From NCBI GenBank assembly GCA_029571005.1, contig JAKPTG010000018.1:1-62168 (forward strand): a stretch of DNA of 62,168 bases. Reading direction: 5' to 3'. A program made the translations under genes and the position numbers. Every line of letters begins with the position of its first letter. Position 1 is the stretch's first letter. Under the pieces are notes generated by a model. It did no database searches and was not told the origin of the DNA. It saw only the letters and a program-made list of their open reading frames with translations. Source of the DNA: Candidatus Fermentibacterota bacterium (GTDB taxonomy: Bacteria > Fermentibacterota > Fermentibacteria > Fermentibacterales > JCC-6). This document shows, one piece after another, positions 8,001-17,377 of this stretch.

Positions 8001-11000
8001 TTGACCGGCTTGCTGGTTCTCGCCGCAGTCCTGACCGGCGGCTTCCAGAGTACGGTCCGCTTCGATTCTCCCGGTTTGAGGGAGCAGGACGGCGGTTTCT
8101 ACCCGGTGTTTCCCGGAACGGAAACGGTTTTCATGGATTCCGGGCCCCTCAGGCCCGGAAGGGTCTTCATCATACCCGTACCCCCGGGTGTCGCGCCCGA
8201 GCTGGACTTCCGCATAGAGTCCGTTTCCCCCACCGGATGGGACGGGTTTCCCTGGGTCGCCGTTTCCGGTGCCGTCGGGGACGGGATGGACTTCCGGGAA
8301 GAGTACGTTTCCGCCGTGGCGTATCCCCCCCCGGAGCCGGTCCGGATGATGGTGGTTCCCCTGGCGGGGACCAGGGTTGCCCGGGTGACGGTGGATCCCT
8401 TCTGCTTCGGAGACCTGTCCCGGTACGCGTCGGCGGTGTCCTTTTCCCTTTCATGGCCCTCGAGGGGCGGCGCCGCACCGGTTCGAGGCACCCTGCTGGA
8501 AGCGGTTACACCGGAGGGTTCCGTATGGTGGCGTGAGCGGGGACGCTTCCGGGAGAGCCCCTTCTGGGGCAGGCCCTGGGGGCGGATCCGGGTGAACGGA
8601 ACCGGCTTTTATGCGGTGACCGGCGCCATGCTGGAGGATGCGGGATGCCCGGTGACGGGTATGCCGTCCGCTTCCCTTTCCATGCTTTCCGGCCCGGCGG
8701 CGCCCTTCGATCTGGAAGACCCGGCGGACGCTCACCAGGTCTATCCCGTTGCCCTGTCCATTTCCGACGGGGGTGACGGGGTCTTCCACCTGGAGGACAC
8801 CCTGTTCTTCTACGGCCGCTCCCTGACCAGGCTGGAGGTTCAGGGCGACAGCCTGATCCACACCTGGCACAGGTACGACGACATGAACACCTACTGGCTC
8901 ACCTGGGGCGGGGCGGAGGGGGTCACCATGGACTCCGCCGACGGCTCCCCCCGGGGCTACCCCCCCTGGGGTCCCACCGCGGTGACCATGTCCTGGATGG
9001 AACAGGAGTACACCTGGTTCGCCGAGGAGCCCAGAACCGGGTGGTGCTGGGCTCCCATCACCCAGGGGAGCCCTTCGTACCTTCATTTCACCCCTCCCCA
9101 GGGAAGCACGTGCCGGGCGCTCCGGGTGAGCATACTGCACAGCCGGAACGTCGGCTTTGGGGGCGACAGTCTGGTGCTGAACGGTGTGACGGTTCTGGAC
9201 AGCACCTTCCGCAACAACACTTTCATGAGGCTCTGGACGGTTCCCCGACCGGTCCTGAACCAGGGGCTCAACACCTTGAAGATCTGGTCCTGGAACGACG
9301 AAGGGACTTCGGCCTTCAACTACCTGGAGCTGGAAACGGAAGCGCCCCTTGCCCCCGGAAGGCGGCTTTTCTTCCTGGGGAAGCCGGAAGGGTGGTACAC
9401 GGTGAGTGTTCCGGGAACGGAGCCCGGCGCCAGGGTGTTTCTCACGGAGGATCCTTACCGTCCGGTGGAACTTGTGGGCTGGGACCTGGCCGGCGGAACC
9501 GCCGGTATCTCCGTGCATGCCGGGCCCCAGGGCTCCTTCTGGGTGGTGAATCCCGGGGAATGGCTGACTCCGGCCTCCATCGGGCCCGCCCAGCCGGGCA
9601 GGATTCTGGGAACCGCTCTGAGCGGCGATGTCATCCTGCTGCTCCCCGAGGAAATGATGGGGTACGCCGCGGCTCTGGAGGCGGTGTATGCTTTCAGGGG
9701 GCTGTCCGCGGCCACGATCTCCTACCGGGAGGTCTATGACGAGTTCAACGGCGGTGTCGTGTCCCCCGGGGCGGTGCGCTCCCTGGTGCGGCACGCCCTG
9801 GACCACTGGCCGGAGGTTCCCCGGGCACTGCTGCTCGTGGGTGACGGCAATTACGATCCCATGGGCCACACCACCGGGTTTTCCCCTCCCGCCCCACTGT
9901 TCAGGACCCTGGGGGACAGCCGGCAAAGGTTCGGGGCCGGTGACGACGGCTTCGTGATGGTCCACCAGGGAGCGATTCTGCCGGAGATTCCCGTGTCCCG
10001 CATACCGGTCTCCACGGGCCAGGAACTCCAGATGTACCTTGACAGGCTTTCCGCGGTGGAAAACGCCGGGGCCAGCGGTGGATGGGCCAACCGTATCGTC
10101 ATTTCAGCGGACGACGAGTGGAACGGCAGCAATATCACGGAAGTCAGGGCCACGCGGGTCTGCGAAGACCTGGTGAACCAGGCGCTGCCCCTCTCCATGG
10201 AGGTGGAGAAGGTGTACCTCATAGACTATCCGTGGCCCCCGGGAACCACCCCCGGGGGGGCGCATCCGGAGAAGCCGGAAGCCAGGAGGGACTTTCTTGC
10301 GGCCATCGAGCGGGGGTGTTCGTCCCTGATCTTTTTCGGCCACGGTTCCTACAACCAGATAGCCCAGGAAAACCTGCTTTCCATCCTGGATATTCCCTCC
10401 ATGTCCAACCTTCCCCGGCTGCCCAGCACCTTCTTCGCCAGCTGCAACACGGGGCAGTTCGATCTTCTTGGCACCGACTGCTTCAGCGAAGCCCTGGTCG
10501 GCCATCCCCAGGGCGGGGCCGTCACCGCCATAGGGTCCTCCTACGGCAGTTACACCTACCAGAATGAAAATCTGCTCCACGTTTTCCTGACGCTCCAGTA
10601 CGGCCCCTGCAGGGCGACCGTGGGAGAGGCCTTGTGGGGGGCCAAGGTGGTGACGTCCGACAACCACAACTACTACTACAACATCATGGGCGACGGCGGT
10701 TTCACACCCTCCATGGGCGATGACCGGGGGACGGCCCTGGAGGTCGCGGCTCCGGGGCTTTTCCGGGGAAGGCTGAACTCTCTGGAGGTGGAGATGCCGG
10801 GGGGCAGAACGATGGAGGTGACGGTGGGGGAAAGCGGCGCCGATGTGGTTTACGTCAGCCCCCTCTCCGGGGTGGAGATTCCGTGGATGAAACCGGGGGA
10901 AACCGCCTACCACGGTCTTGTGGAGTCCGACCCCGGCGGTCGCGCCACGGTCAGTTTCTTCATGCCGTTACAGGCGGACACCGGTTCCCTGGCCGGGGCC

Positions 11001-11708
11001 CAGGCCCTGGCGGACGACGGCCTTCATCAGAGCGTGGCCTGGAACCGGTGGTTCGCGGTGGTGGACTCGGGCGGTTACTCCCCCGATTCCATCGGACCGT
11101 CCATCTCCATGTCCTGCTCCAGGCGGGGGATGAGCCACCTCCTCACCGCGGAACTCGAGGATGAGAGCGGCATCTGCGTTTTCGGCGGGGAAGCCGGCAG
11201 AGCCCTGCTCCTGTCTGTCAACAGTCAGGGCTATGATGTCAGCGGGGATTTCCGGTACCTTCAGGGCAGCCATACCCGGGGTGTCCTGAACCATGTCCTG
11301 CCGGATCTGGGCCCCGGTGAGCACACCCTTATCCTGGCGGCCTGGGACGGCATGGGAAACGGTTCCCTGGACACCCTCGCCCTGACCGTCACGGAAGACG
11401 ACGGCGAGCTTCTCCGGGATGTGACTGTATTTCCGAACCCGGGCCGCGGGCCCAGGGCCTTTCTTTTCGAGACCTCCGCCCCGGGGGAGGTCCGGGTGAA
11501 GCTCTTCACCGTGGCGGGCCGCCCGGTTTGGGAGGGCCGCACCGGTCATGAAGGCGGGGCCGGACGGCTGATCTGGAACGGGCGCGACGCCGACGGCGAT
11601 CCCCCGGCTGCGGGAGCCTACGTTTACCTCGTAACCCTGGAGACCGCCGGGGGGGGCGTCGCTTCCAGGCGCGGTTTTCTGGCGGTGGCCCCGAAGGAGG
11701 ACAGATGA
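8001..11708 (+). CDS. Peptidase C25 (gingipain/PorU-like) family protein with FlgD-Ig/T9SS-type C-terminal domain, paralogue 1
   Basis: TTG 8001 with GAGGAGG upstream and a hydrophobic N-terminus. Central block: LLLVGDGNYDP, SADDEWNG, FFGHGSYNQ (His), FFASCNTGQFD (Cys). C-terminus: VFPNPGRG...LIWNGRDADGDPPAAGAYVYLV. Confidence 0.8.
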   Translation: MTGLLVLAAVLTGGFQSTVRFDSPGLREQDGGFYPVFPGTETVFMDSGPLRPGRVFIIPVPPGVAPELDFRIESVSPTGWDGFPWVAVSGAVGDGMDFREEYVSAVAYPPPEPVRMMVVPLAGTRVARVTVDPFCFGDLSRYASAVSFSLSWPSRGGAAPVRGTLLEAVTPEGSVWWRERGRFRESPFWGRPWGRIRVNGTGFYAVTGAMLEDAGCPVTGMPSASLSMLSGPAAPFDLEDPADAHQVYPVALSISDGGDGVFHLEDTLFFYGRSLTRLEVQGDSLIHTWHRYDDMNTYWLTWGGAEGVTMDSADGSPRGYPPWGPTAVTMSWMEQEYTWFAEEPRTGWCWAPITQGSPSYLHFTPPQGSTCRALRVSILHSRNVGFGGDSLVLNGVTVLDSTFRNNTFMRLWTVPRPVLNQGLNTLKIWSWNDEGTSAFNYLELETEAPLAPGRRLFFLGKPEGWYTVSVPGTEPGARVFLTEDPYRPVELVGWDLAGGTAGISVHAGPQGSFWVVNPGEWLTPASIGPAQPGRILGTALSGDVILLLPEEMMGYAAALEAVYAFRGLSAATISYREVYDEFNGGVVSPGAVRSLVRHALDHWPEVPRALLLVGDGNYDPMGHTTGFSPPAPLFRTLGDSRQRFGAGDDGFVMVHQGAILPEIPVSRIPVSTGQELQMYLDRLSAVENAGASGGWANRIVISADDEWNGSNITEVRATRVCEDLVNQALPLSMEVEKVYLIDYPWPPGTTPGGAHPEKPEARRDFLAAIERGCSSLIFFGHGSYNQIAQENLLSILDIPSMSNLPRLPSTFFASCNTGQFDLLGTDCFSEALVGHPQGGAVTAIGSSYGSYTYQNENLLHVFLTLQYGPCRATVGEALWGAKVVTSDNHNYYYNIMGDGGFTPSMGDDRGTALEVAAPGLFRGRLNSLEVEMPGGRTMEVTVGESGADVVYVSPLSGVEIPWMKPGETAYHGLVESDPGGRATVSFFMPLQADTGSLAGAQALADDGLHQSVAWNRWFAVVDSGGYSPDSIGPSISMSCSRRGMSHLLTAELEDESGICVFGGEAGRALLLSVNSQGYDVSGDFRYLQGSHTRGVLNHVLPDLGPGEHTLILAAWDGMGNGSLDTLALTVTEDDGELLRDVTVFPNPGRGPRAFLFETSAPGEVRVKLFTVAGRPVWEGRTGHEGGAGRLIWNGRDADGDPPAAGAYVYLVTLETAGGGVASRRGFLAVAPKEDR

Positions 11709-12439
11709 ACGGACTCAAGGATGCCCGGGCTCTTCTGAGCCGCTCCGAAAGGCTCCTGGTGTTTACCGGCGCCGGGATGTCCAGCGACAGCGGCATGACG
11801 ACCTTCCGGGGAAAAGACGGCTTGTGGAGGAACAGGACCGCCGAGGAGCTGTCCTCGCTTGCAGGGCTCAGGAGTCACCCGGAATTGGTCTGGGAGTGGT
11901 ACGGGAAGCGTTTCGTGGCCCAGGAAGGGGTGAAGCCGCACCAGGGTTACACGGCCCTGGCGGACATGCAGCGGCGCAAGGGCAGGATGCCGGTGGTGAC
12001 CCAGAATGTGGACGGTCTTCATCAGGCTGCGGGTCTGACCGAGGTTTACGAACTCCATGGGTCCATGGCCACCGTCTCGTGTCTTGACGGCTGCGGTTTC
12101 AGAGGTCCTTTCCGACGGGGGATGCTGGAGACGCTTCCTCCGACCTGCCCGGAGTGCGGCGGTCTGCTCAGGCCCGATGTGGTTCTCTTCGGCGAGCCCC
12201 TGCCGGAGGGGGTGATTCAGGAGGCCTTCCGGCTGGCGGGGCAGTGGGCCGATCTGTTGCTGGTGGTGGGCACCAGTATGCTGGTGTGGCCCGCGGCGGG
12301 AATCCCATGGGAGGCGCTCAGGGCCGGGGTTGAGGTAATCGAGGTGAATCCGGAACCCACCGCTCTCTCCGACGCAACCGGGGTGATCTGGGTTCCGGGC
12401 CGGGCCGCCGAGGTGCTGCCCGGGCTGCTGGGGACGTGA
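11705..12439 (+). CDS. cobB: NAD-dependent protein deacylase (Sir2 family)
   Basis: ATG 11705 overlaps the upstream stop (ATGA); AAGGAGG RBS. Motifs: FTGAGMSSDSG, TQNVDGLH, ELHGS, Cys pairs CLDGC and CPEC, VVGTS, EVNPEPT. Confidence 0.88.
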   Translation: MNGLKDARALLSRSERLLVFTGAGMSSDSGMTTFRGKDGLWRNRTAEELSSLAGLRSHPELVWEWYGKRFVAQEGVKPHQGYTALADMQRRKGRMPVVTQNVDGLHQAAGLTEVYELHGSMATVSCLDGCGFRGPFRRGMLETLPPTCPECGGLLRPDVVLFGEPLPEGVIQEAFRLAGQWADLLLVVGTSMLVWPAAGIPWEALRAGVEVIEVNPEPTALSDATGVIWVPGRAAEVLPGLLGT

Positions 12440-15400
12440 TGCATCGGCTGCTGTGGCTTCTGCTGACCACCGGTTCCTGGACCGGCACAGAAGTATTCGC
12501 CCCCCCGGTTCCCGGGCCGGAGGGCTCGATGCGGATCGAAGGCTGTGTGAACCTCCTGGGGGAGGAGTCGCCGCCGCTGCCCGTGAAGACACTGTACATA
12601 CCCCTTCCCCCGGGGGCCCGGCCCGAGCTGGACTACTCCGTGGTCCGGTCCGCCGCCGGGACGACGGCGGCCTTTGCCCCCGGGGCGCAACGGGAGACCG
12701 TGGTTTTCCGGGGGGCCGTTCCCCTGGCCGGCGGATTCTACGGGGTCGTGGATATCTTTCCCTGGACCGGCGGCGCGGACTACGCATCCGCCGTGAATAT
12801 CAGGCTCGCCTGGGACGATCCGACGGGAACCCCGGCGCCGACGGCGGTACCCCCGGGCAGCCTCGCAGCCGGCGTTTCTCCCGGGGCGGCAACCTACTGG
12901 CCCCTGCCCCGGACAAGGGCGGTCAGCCCGTTCCACGGAAGGCCCTGGGCGAGGATCTCCATCCTGGAGACCGGCCCGGTGGAGGTCACCGGGGCTCTTC
13001 TCGAAGCCGCGGGCTGCCCCGTCACGGGTCAGGCCGTATCCTCCCTGGCCCTCTACTCCGGTCCCGGAAATGCATTCGGCGATGCCCCCGAGGAGGAGCA
13101 CCCGCTTCTGGAGATACCGATCCTGGTGGACGATAAGGACAAGGACGGTCTGTTCGACCCGGAGGACAGGATTCTTTTCCAGGCAATGGGCCTCAATCGC
13201 TGGATTCCACGGGACGACGATCTTGCGAGGATAACCCACCGATACGCAACCCACCGGGTTTACTGGCTCACCTGGGGCGGTTCCCCCGGGCTGCGGATGG
13301 AGGAGCGGGAGGCGGCCCCGGGGGGGCCGGTCTGGGAGGGCGAAAACCCCTGGATCGTCACCTGCGAGGAAGACCTGTTCTGGTCTCCCGCCCACAGTTT
13401 CGACACGGGCTGGGTCTGGAAGAACCTGGAGGGAGGGGGGACCGTGACGATTCCCTATTCCCTTGCCGGTCTCGAGCCCGGCGCCGGGGCGGACTTCACC
13501 GTGCGCGTATCCCTGGACCAGGCGGCCCGATGCACCGTCAGTCTCTACATAAACGGCGACCTGCGGGGAACCGGACAGGTGCTGGGGACCGGCCCCGGTG
13601 AAGCGGTGTTCACGGGAGTCGAGGTTCCCGGGAGCGGAGCGGTGAGGCTTGACTTCGCCGCCCAGGGAAACGTGTTTTTCGATGGACTCGACATACGGTA
13701 CCGGCGGGTTCCCAGGGCCGACGGCGCCGAAGTGTTCTTCACCGGCGCCGGAGGAGGCGTCCGGACCGTGGTGTTCCGGGAGGCGGGCGACGAAACGCTC
13801 CTCTTCGATCTCACCTCTCCCGATGCTCCGGTGCTGCTGACGGGTGCGGAGTTCCGGCCCGGAACCCTGCGGGCGGGGGTGGACGTGGCGAACGGGACGG
13901 TACTCATGGCCGCCGATCCGGATGACTTCTCCCCCCCCGACTCGATATCCCCGGCTTCCCCGGGCCGTCTGGTCGCTTCGGTCCGGGGCGGCGACAAGCT
14001 CCTGGTGGTGCCGGAGGTCCTGCTGGAGGGCGCATGGAGCGTGGCGGCCCTCGAGGGGGAACTGGGCTGGAGCACCGTGGTGGCCACCACCCGGGAGATT
14101 TACGACGAATTCGGCATGGGATTGACCGATCCCGGGGCCATCCGTTCGGCGGTCAGGTGGGCCATGGATTCATGGGATCCCCAGTGCAGGGAGGTGATTC
14201 TGGTGGGGGACGGTCATCACGACTTTTTTCTGCGCACCACCTCCCAGCCCGTGATGGTACCCCCCTGGATAAGGCTGAACGGAACCTCGGACCCGCCCTG
14301 CGTGGATGACTGGTACGTGATGGTCCACCAGGGGGCCGGCCTTCCGGAGATTCCCGTGGCCCGGCTTCCCGTGGATTCCCCCCTGAAGCTCGCCGCCATG
14401 GTGGAAAAGGCCGCGCTGGCCCTGTCCGGGGCGGCGGCTGGAAGCTGGATGAACCGGTGCGTTCTCCTGGCGGACGACGAGTGGGGTAACGGCAGTTACG
14501 CCCGGGAGTCCTATCACACCGAGGATATGGAGGTCATCGAGGAGGGGACCCTCCCCCGGGATCTCCGTCGGGTCAAGTTCTACCTGGTGGAGTACCCCTG
14601 GCCCCCGGGAACCTCCACCGATGGGCCTCACCCCGAGAAACCCGATGCCAGGGACGACTTCATCCGCCTGTGGAACGAGGGCATGGGGTGCCTGGTCTTC
14701 ATGGGCCACGGGTCCGCCGGGCAGATCACCCATGAAAAGGTTTTCAGGCTGTCCGATGTATCCCTTCTGCGGAACGACGGCAGGCTTCCCCTGGTGATAC
14801 TGGCCAGTTGCGACCTCTCGGCCTTCGACACCCCCGGCTCCGAATCCATCGGGGAGGCCCTGGTCTTTTCCCCCGGCGGAGGGGCCCTCGCCACGGTGGC
14901 GGCCACCCGGAAGACCTTCCCCGGGGTCAGCTCCAATTTCGGTTTCACCAGGGTGCTTCTGGACAGCCTCTACAACTCCGGCACCCCCTCCGGACAGGCA
15001 GTGTGGTATTCAAAACTGGCAAATTCAAGCGGTTATTACAGCAATAATCGTTATTATGTGCTGTTCGGGGTCCCGGGGTTGCCGGTGCCCCGGCCCCGGC
15101 CCCTTCCCAGTATCCGGGTCCAGGGGGACACCCTCCGAACCGGCGAGAGGAACACCGTGACCGGTGCCGCGGGGTTCTCTTCCGGGCTCGCCCTGCTGGA
15201 AATCCTCGAGTCCGGGCATGAGACGACCTACAACATGCTCGGGGGAGGGACCGTAGGATACACCTCTTCCGGCGGGACGGCATGGAGGGGCACCGCTGAG
15301 CTTGCCGGGGGTGTTTTCTCCGCCGAGTGCTTCATTCCGTATCAGGCCGGGCCCGGAGGCGAAGCCCGGGCCGAGGCGGCGGCGGTGGCTTTCTTTGAAG

Positions 15401-16116
15401 TCGAGGCCGGGGCGGCGGACCCGATGACGATGGTGGAGGGAAACCCCGAAACCGGCGATGACACCGGCCCGGAAATCGAAATGTGGATTCAGGGGCATCG
15501 GGGTTCCGAAAATCCCGTGATCACCGGGGAGTCGCTTTTCGCGGCGGAGCTGGCGGACTCCAGCGGAATCTGTATTTTAGGCGGGGAGGGGTCCCGGCTC
15601 AGGTTGTTTGTTGACGGCAAGGAGAACGATCTGGGGCCGTACTTCAGCTACGTTACCGGCAGCACCACCCGGGGCCGGGTCTCATACAGCCTGCCGGAGC
15701 TGCCTCAGGGCCGGCATTTACTGATTCTGCAGGCGGTGGACGGGCTGGGAAACCCGTCCGCCGACAGCCTCGAGGTTACGTCGGCCCCCTCCGGCGAAAC
15801 CGTCTTCAGCATGGTGGCGGTGTATCCGAACCCCGGGGCCGGCGGCAGGTGCTTCAGCTTCCACCTTTCCGGCGATGCATGGGTGGAGGTGGGGATATTC
15901 ACCGTGACCGGCCGGGAGATCGCCCGGCTGACAGGCCAATGCCGGGCGGGTTACAATCAGATCCTTTGGGACGGGCTGGATGCCGACGGCGATCCCCCGG
16001 CCACCGGAGCCTATGTCTTCCGCCTGTGCGCCGAAGCCGCCGCCGGCGGAGGCTTCATCAGGGAGGGCGGCCATGTCGGGGTGCTGGCGGTGGTGAATCC
16101 GGGAGGTGCACCGTGA
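12436..16116 (+). CDS. Peptidase C25 (gingipain/PorU-like) family protein with FlgD-Ig/T9SS-type C-terminal domain, paralogue 2
   Basis: GTG 12436 / ATG 12439 overlap the cobB stop (GTGATG). Signal-like MMHRLLWLLLTTGSW. Central block: ILVGDGHHD, LADDEWGNG, FMGHGSAGQ (His), ILASCDLSAFD (Cys). C-terminus: VYPNPGAGG...ILWDGLDADGDPPATGAYVFRL. Collinear with paralogue 1. Confidence 0.8.
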   Translation: MMHRLLWLLLTTGSWTGTEVFAPPVPGPEGSMRIEGCVNLLGEESPPLPVKTLYIPLPPGARPELDYSVVRSAAGTTAAFAPGAQRETVVFRGAVPLAGGFYGVVDIFPWTGGADYASAVNIRLAWDDPTGTPAPTAVPPGSLAAGVSPGAATYWPLPRTRAVSPFHGRPWARISILETGPVEVTGALLEAAGCPVTGQAVSSLALYSGPGNAFGDAPEEEHPLLEIPILVDDKDKDGLFDPEDRILFQAMGLNRWIPRDDDLARITHRYATHRVYWLTWGGSPGLRMEEREAAPGGPVWEGENPWIVTCEEDLFWSPAHSFDTGWVWKNLEGGGTVTIPYSLAGLEPGAGADFTVRVSLDQAARCTVSLYINGDLRGTGQVLGTGPGEAVFTGVEVPGSGAVRLDFAAQGNVFFDGLDIRYRRVPRADGAEVFFTGAGGGVRTVVFREAGDETLLFDLTSPDAPVLLTGAEFRPGTLRAGVDVANGTVLMAADPDDFSPPDSISPASPGRLVASVRGGDKLLVVPEVLLEGAWSVAALEGELGWSTVVATTREIYDEFGMGLTDPGAIRSAVRWAMDSWDPQCREVILVGDGHHDFFLRTTSQPVMVPPWIRLNGTSDPPCVDDWYVMVHQGAGLPEIPVARLPVDSPLKLAAMVEKAALALSGAAAGSWMNRCVLLADDEWGNGSYARESYHTEDMEVIEEGTLPRDLRRVKFYLVEYPWPPGTSTDGPHPEKPDARDDFIRLWNEGMGCLVFMGHGSAGQITHEKVFRLSDVSLLRNDGRLPLVILASCDLSAFDTPGSESIGEALVFSPGGGALATVAATRKTFPGVSSNFGFTRVLLDSLYNSGTPSGQAVWYSKLANSSGYYSNNRYYVLFGVPGLPVPRPRPLPSIRVQGDTLRTGERNTVTGAAGFSSGLALLEILESGHETTYNMLGGGTVGYTSSGGTAWRGTAELAGGVFSAECFIPYQAGPGGEARAEAAAVAFFEVEAGAADPMTMVEGNPETGDDTGPEIEMWIQGHRGSENPVITGESLFAAELADSSGICILGGEGSRLRLFVDGKENDLGPYFSYVTGSTTRGRVSYSLPELPQGRHLLILQAVDGLGNPSADSLEVTSAPSGETVFSMVAVYPNPGAGGRCFSFHLSGDAWVEVGIFTVTGREIARLTGQCRAGYNQILWDGLDADGDPPATGAYVFRLCAEAAAGGGFIREGGHVGVLAVVNPGGAP

Positions 16117-17273
16117 ACGGCGATGAGAAACCGGGCAAGATTTCCTGGCTCTGGAAACAGGTGGATGACGCCCGTAGGAGCCGGAACCCTGAACGGGCCA
16201 GGGAGGGGCTGGAGAGGCTGCTGGCCTCTCAGGAGATCCGGGGCACCCCCGATCATGACCTGGCCCTTCTCCACCTCTCGCAACTGGAGATAGAAGAGGG
16301 GCGGGTGGCCGACGCCGCCAGACGGCTGCAGGGCTTCCACTGGCATGGGATTCCAGGCCCCGCGGCGCTTCTGCTGGCGGCGGACCTCTTCCTGAGGCTG
16401 GACTGGTACGACGAATCCATGGAAGCCCTGGAGGATTACCTCCGGCACTACCCGCAGGACACCGACGCCCTGAGGAAGAAGGGGCTTCTCCTGCTCATGA
16501 GGAACCGGGACGCGGAAGCCGAGCGGACCCTCAACTCCGTGGCCCGGCGGGAGAAGTTCAGGGTTCCGTCAACCCTTTCGTACCTGGCCATGCTGGAGGC
16601 CAAACGGGGCAATCTGGAGGAAAGCCTCCACCTGCTGCTTCAGGCCCGGGGGCTGGCCCCCTTCGATGAACGGATCGAACACACCCTGCTGCGGATCGAA
16701 GCCCTCAGGGTCAGGCTTCGCAGGTCGGTTATGGAGCGCGGGAAAATCCCCCTGGAAAGTGCGGTGGCGGGGATCACCGCGGGGATGCTGGGGCTTCACG
16801 GCTACAGCCGTGAGAAAGCCCGGAGGGCGGCGGCGATCTGGAACCACTTCTGCGCCCTCAGGAAACCGCCCGGCAGGAAACCCGAGATATGGGCGGCGGC
16901 CCTGGAGTACGCCGTCACCAGGAACGGCCCCCACTTCACCCAGGAGCAGCTTGCCGAGGAGTACGGGGTTTCCGCCACCAGGCTGGGCGAACACTACAGG
17001 CTCCTGGCGGCTACGGTGGACCTGGATGCTCCGGAGGACCCGCTGGAGGAAGCGGCCCGGGAGGGAGAGGCTCTGAGTCAGGAGGCCCGCCGGGAGGAGA
17101 TGGCCGAAGTGCTTTCCGGGCTTGCCGGGAGGCTTGGCTCGTTTTCGGAGCCGGGAGACGCCGCGGAGTGGGTTTACAGGCGGCTTCCCGCCCTGGACGA
17201 ACCTCAGCGGCGGGAAGTGGAGGATTTCGTGGCCTACATCTGGAGAAAGCGCAGGAATACGGCGCTGAAGTAG
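16113..17273 (+). CDS. TPR-repeat protein with a helical, HTH-like C-terminal region
   Basis: GTG 16113 overlaps the C25 stop (GTGA); GGGAGG lies 6 nt upstream. TPR-like repeats (ALLHLSQLEIEEGRVADAARRL; DESMEALEDYLRHYPQD; YLAMLEAKRGNLEESLHLLLQA). Track ORF 15849.. trimmed. Confidence 0.65.
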   Translation: MNGDEKPGKISWLWKQVDDARRSRNPERAREGLERLLASQEIRGTPDHDLALLHLSQLEIEEGRVADAARRLQGFHWHGIPGPAALLLAADLFLRLDWYDESMEALEDYLRHYPQDTDALRKKGLLLLMRNRDAEAERTLNSVARREKFRVPSTLSYLAMLEAKRGNLEESLHLLLQARGLAPFDERIEHTLLRIEALRVRLRRSVMERGKIPLESAVAGITAGMLGLHGYSREKARRAAAIWNHFCALRKPPGRKPEIWAAALEYAVTRNGPHFTQEQLAEEYGVSATRLGEHYRLLAATVDLDAPEDPLEEAAREGEALSQEARREEMAEVLSGLAGRLGSFSEPGDAAEWVYRRLPALDEPQRREVEDFVAYIWRKRRNTALK

Positions 17274-17305
17274 GGGCGCCGGTCTTTACGACGGTTCTTG
17301 CCCCG

Positions 17306-17315
17306 GGGTATATTC
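17306..17315 (+). promoter_or_regulatory. GGGTATATTC word (copy 2 of 3), candidate -10 element for ppdK
   Basis: Exact repeat of 3956..3965 and 51163..51172. Lies 63 nt upstream of the ppdK ATG in a 104-nt spacer. Confidence 0.35.
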
Positions 17316-17377
17316 AAACCAAGTACGGTTTTTCCCACGTTTTTCAATCCATCCCGCAAGTAAGGAAGACAGAGAAA

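Noticed and set aside
11705-12439. Sir2 gene as the NADase effector of an anti-phage defence system (SIR2 + clan-CD protease + TPR vocabulary)
   Set aside because: The protein is short (244 aa) and has all canonical deacylase motifs and both Cys pairs of the Zn module. It has no fused sensor domain. The flanking proteases have secretion signals and T9SS-type C-terminal domains, and no other defence or mobile genes are nearby. It is kept only as a minor alternative under the operon finding.
15001-15060. Local AT-rich patches inside high-GC genes (15001..15060 in C25 paralogue 2; 22081..22140 in the GGDEF gene)
   Set aside because: These are explained by amino-acid content: NSSGYYSNNRYYV, and the conserved MMDIDDFKVYNDTYGH motif. 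They are not insertions or regulatory islands.
17286-17314. Attempt to define a canonical -35 for the GGGTATATTC sites (for example TTACGA at 17286..17291)
   Set aside because: No hexamer with consistent sequence and 16-18 nt spacing is shared by the three copies. Only the -10-like word is reported.
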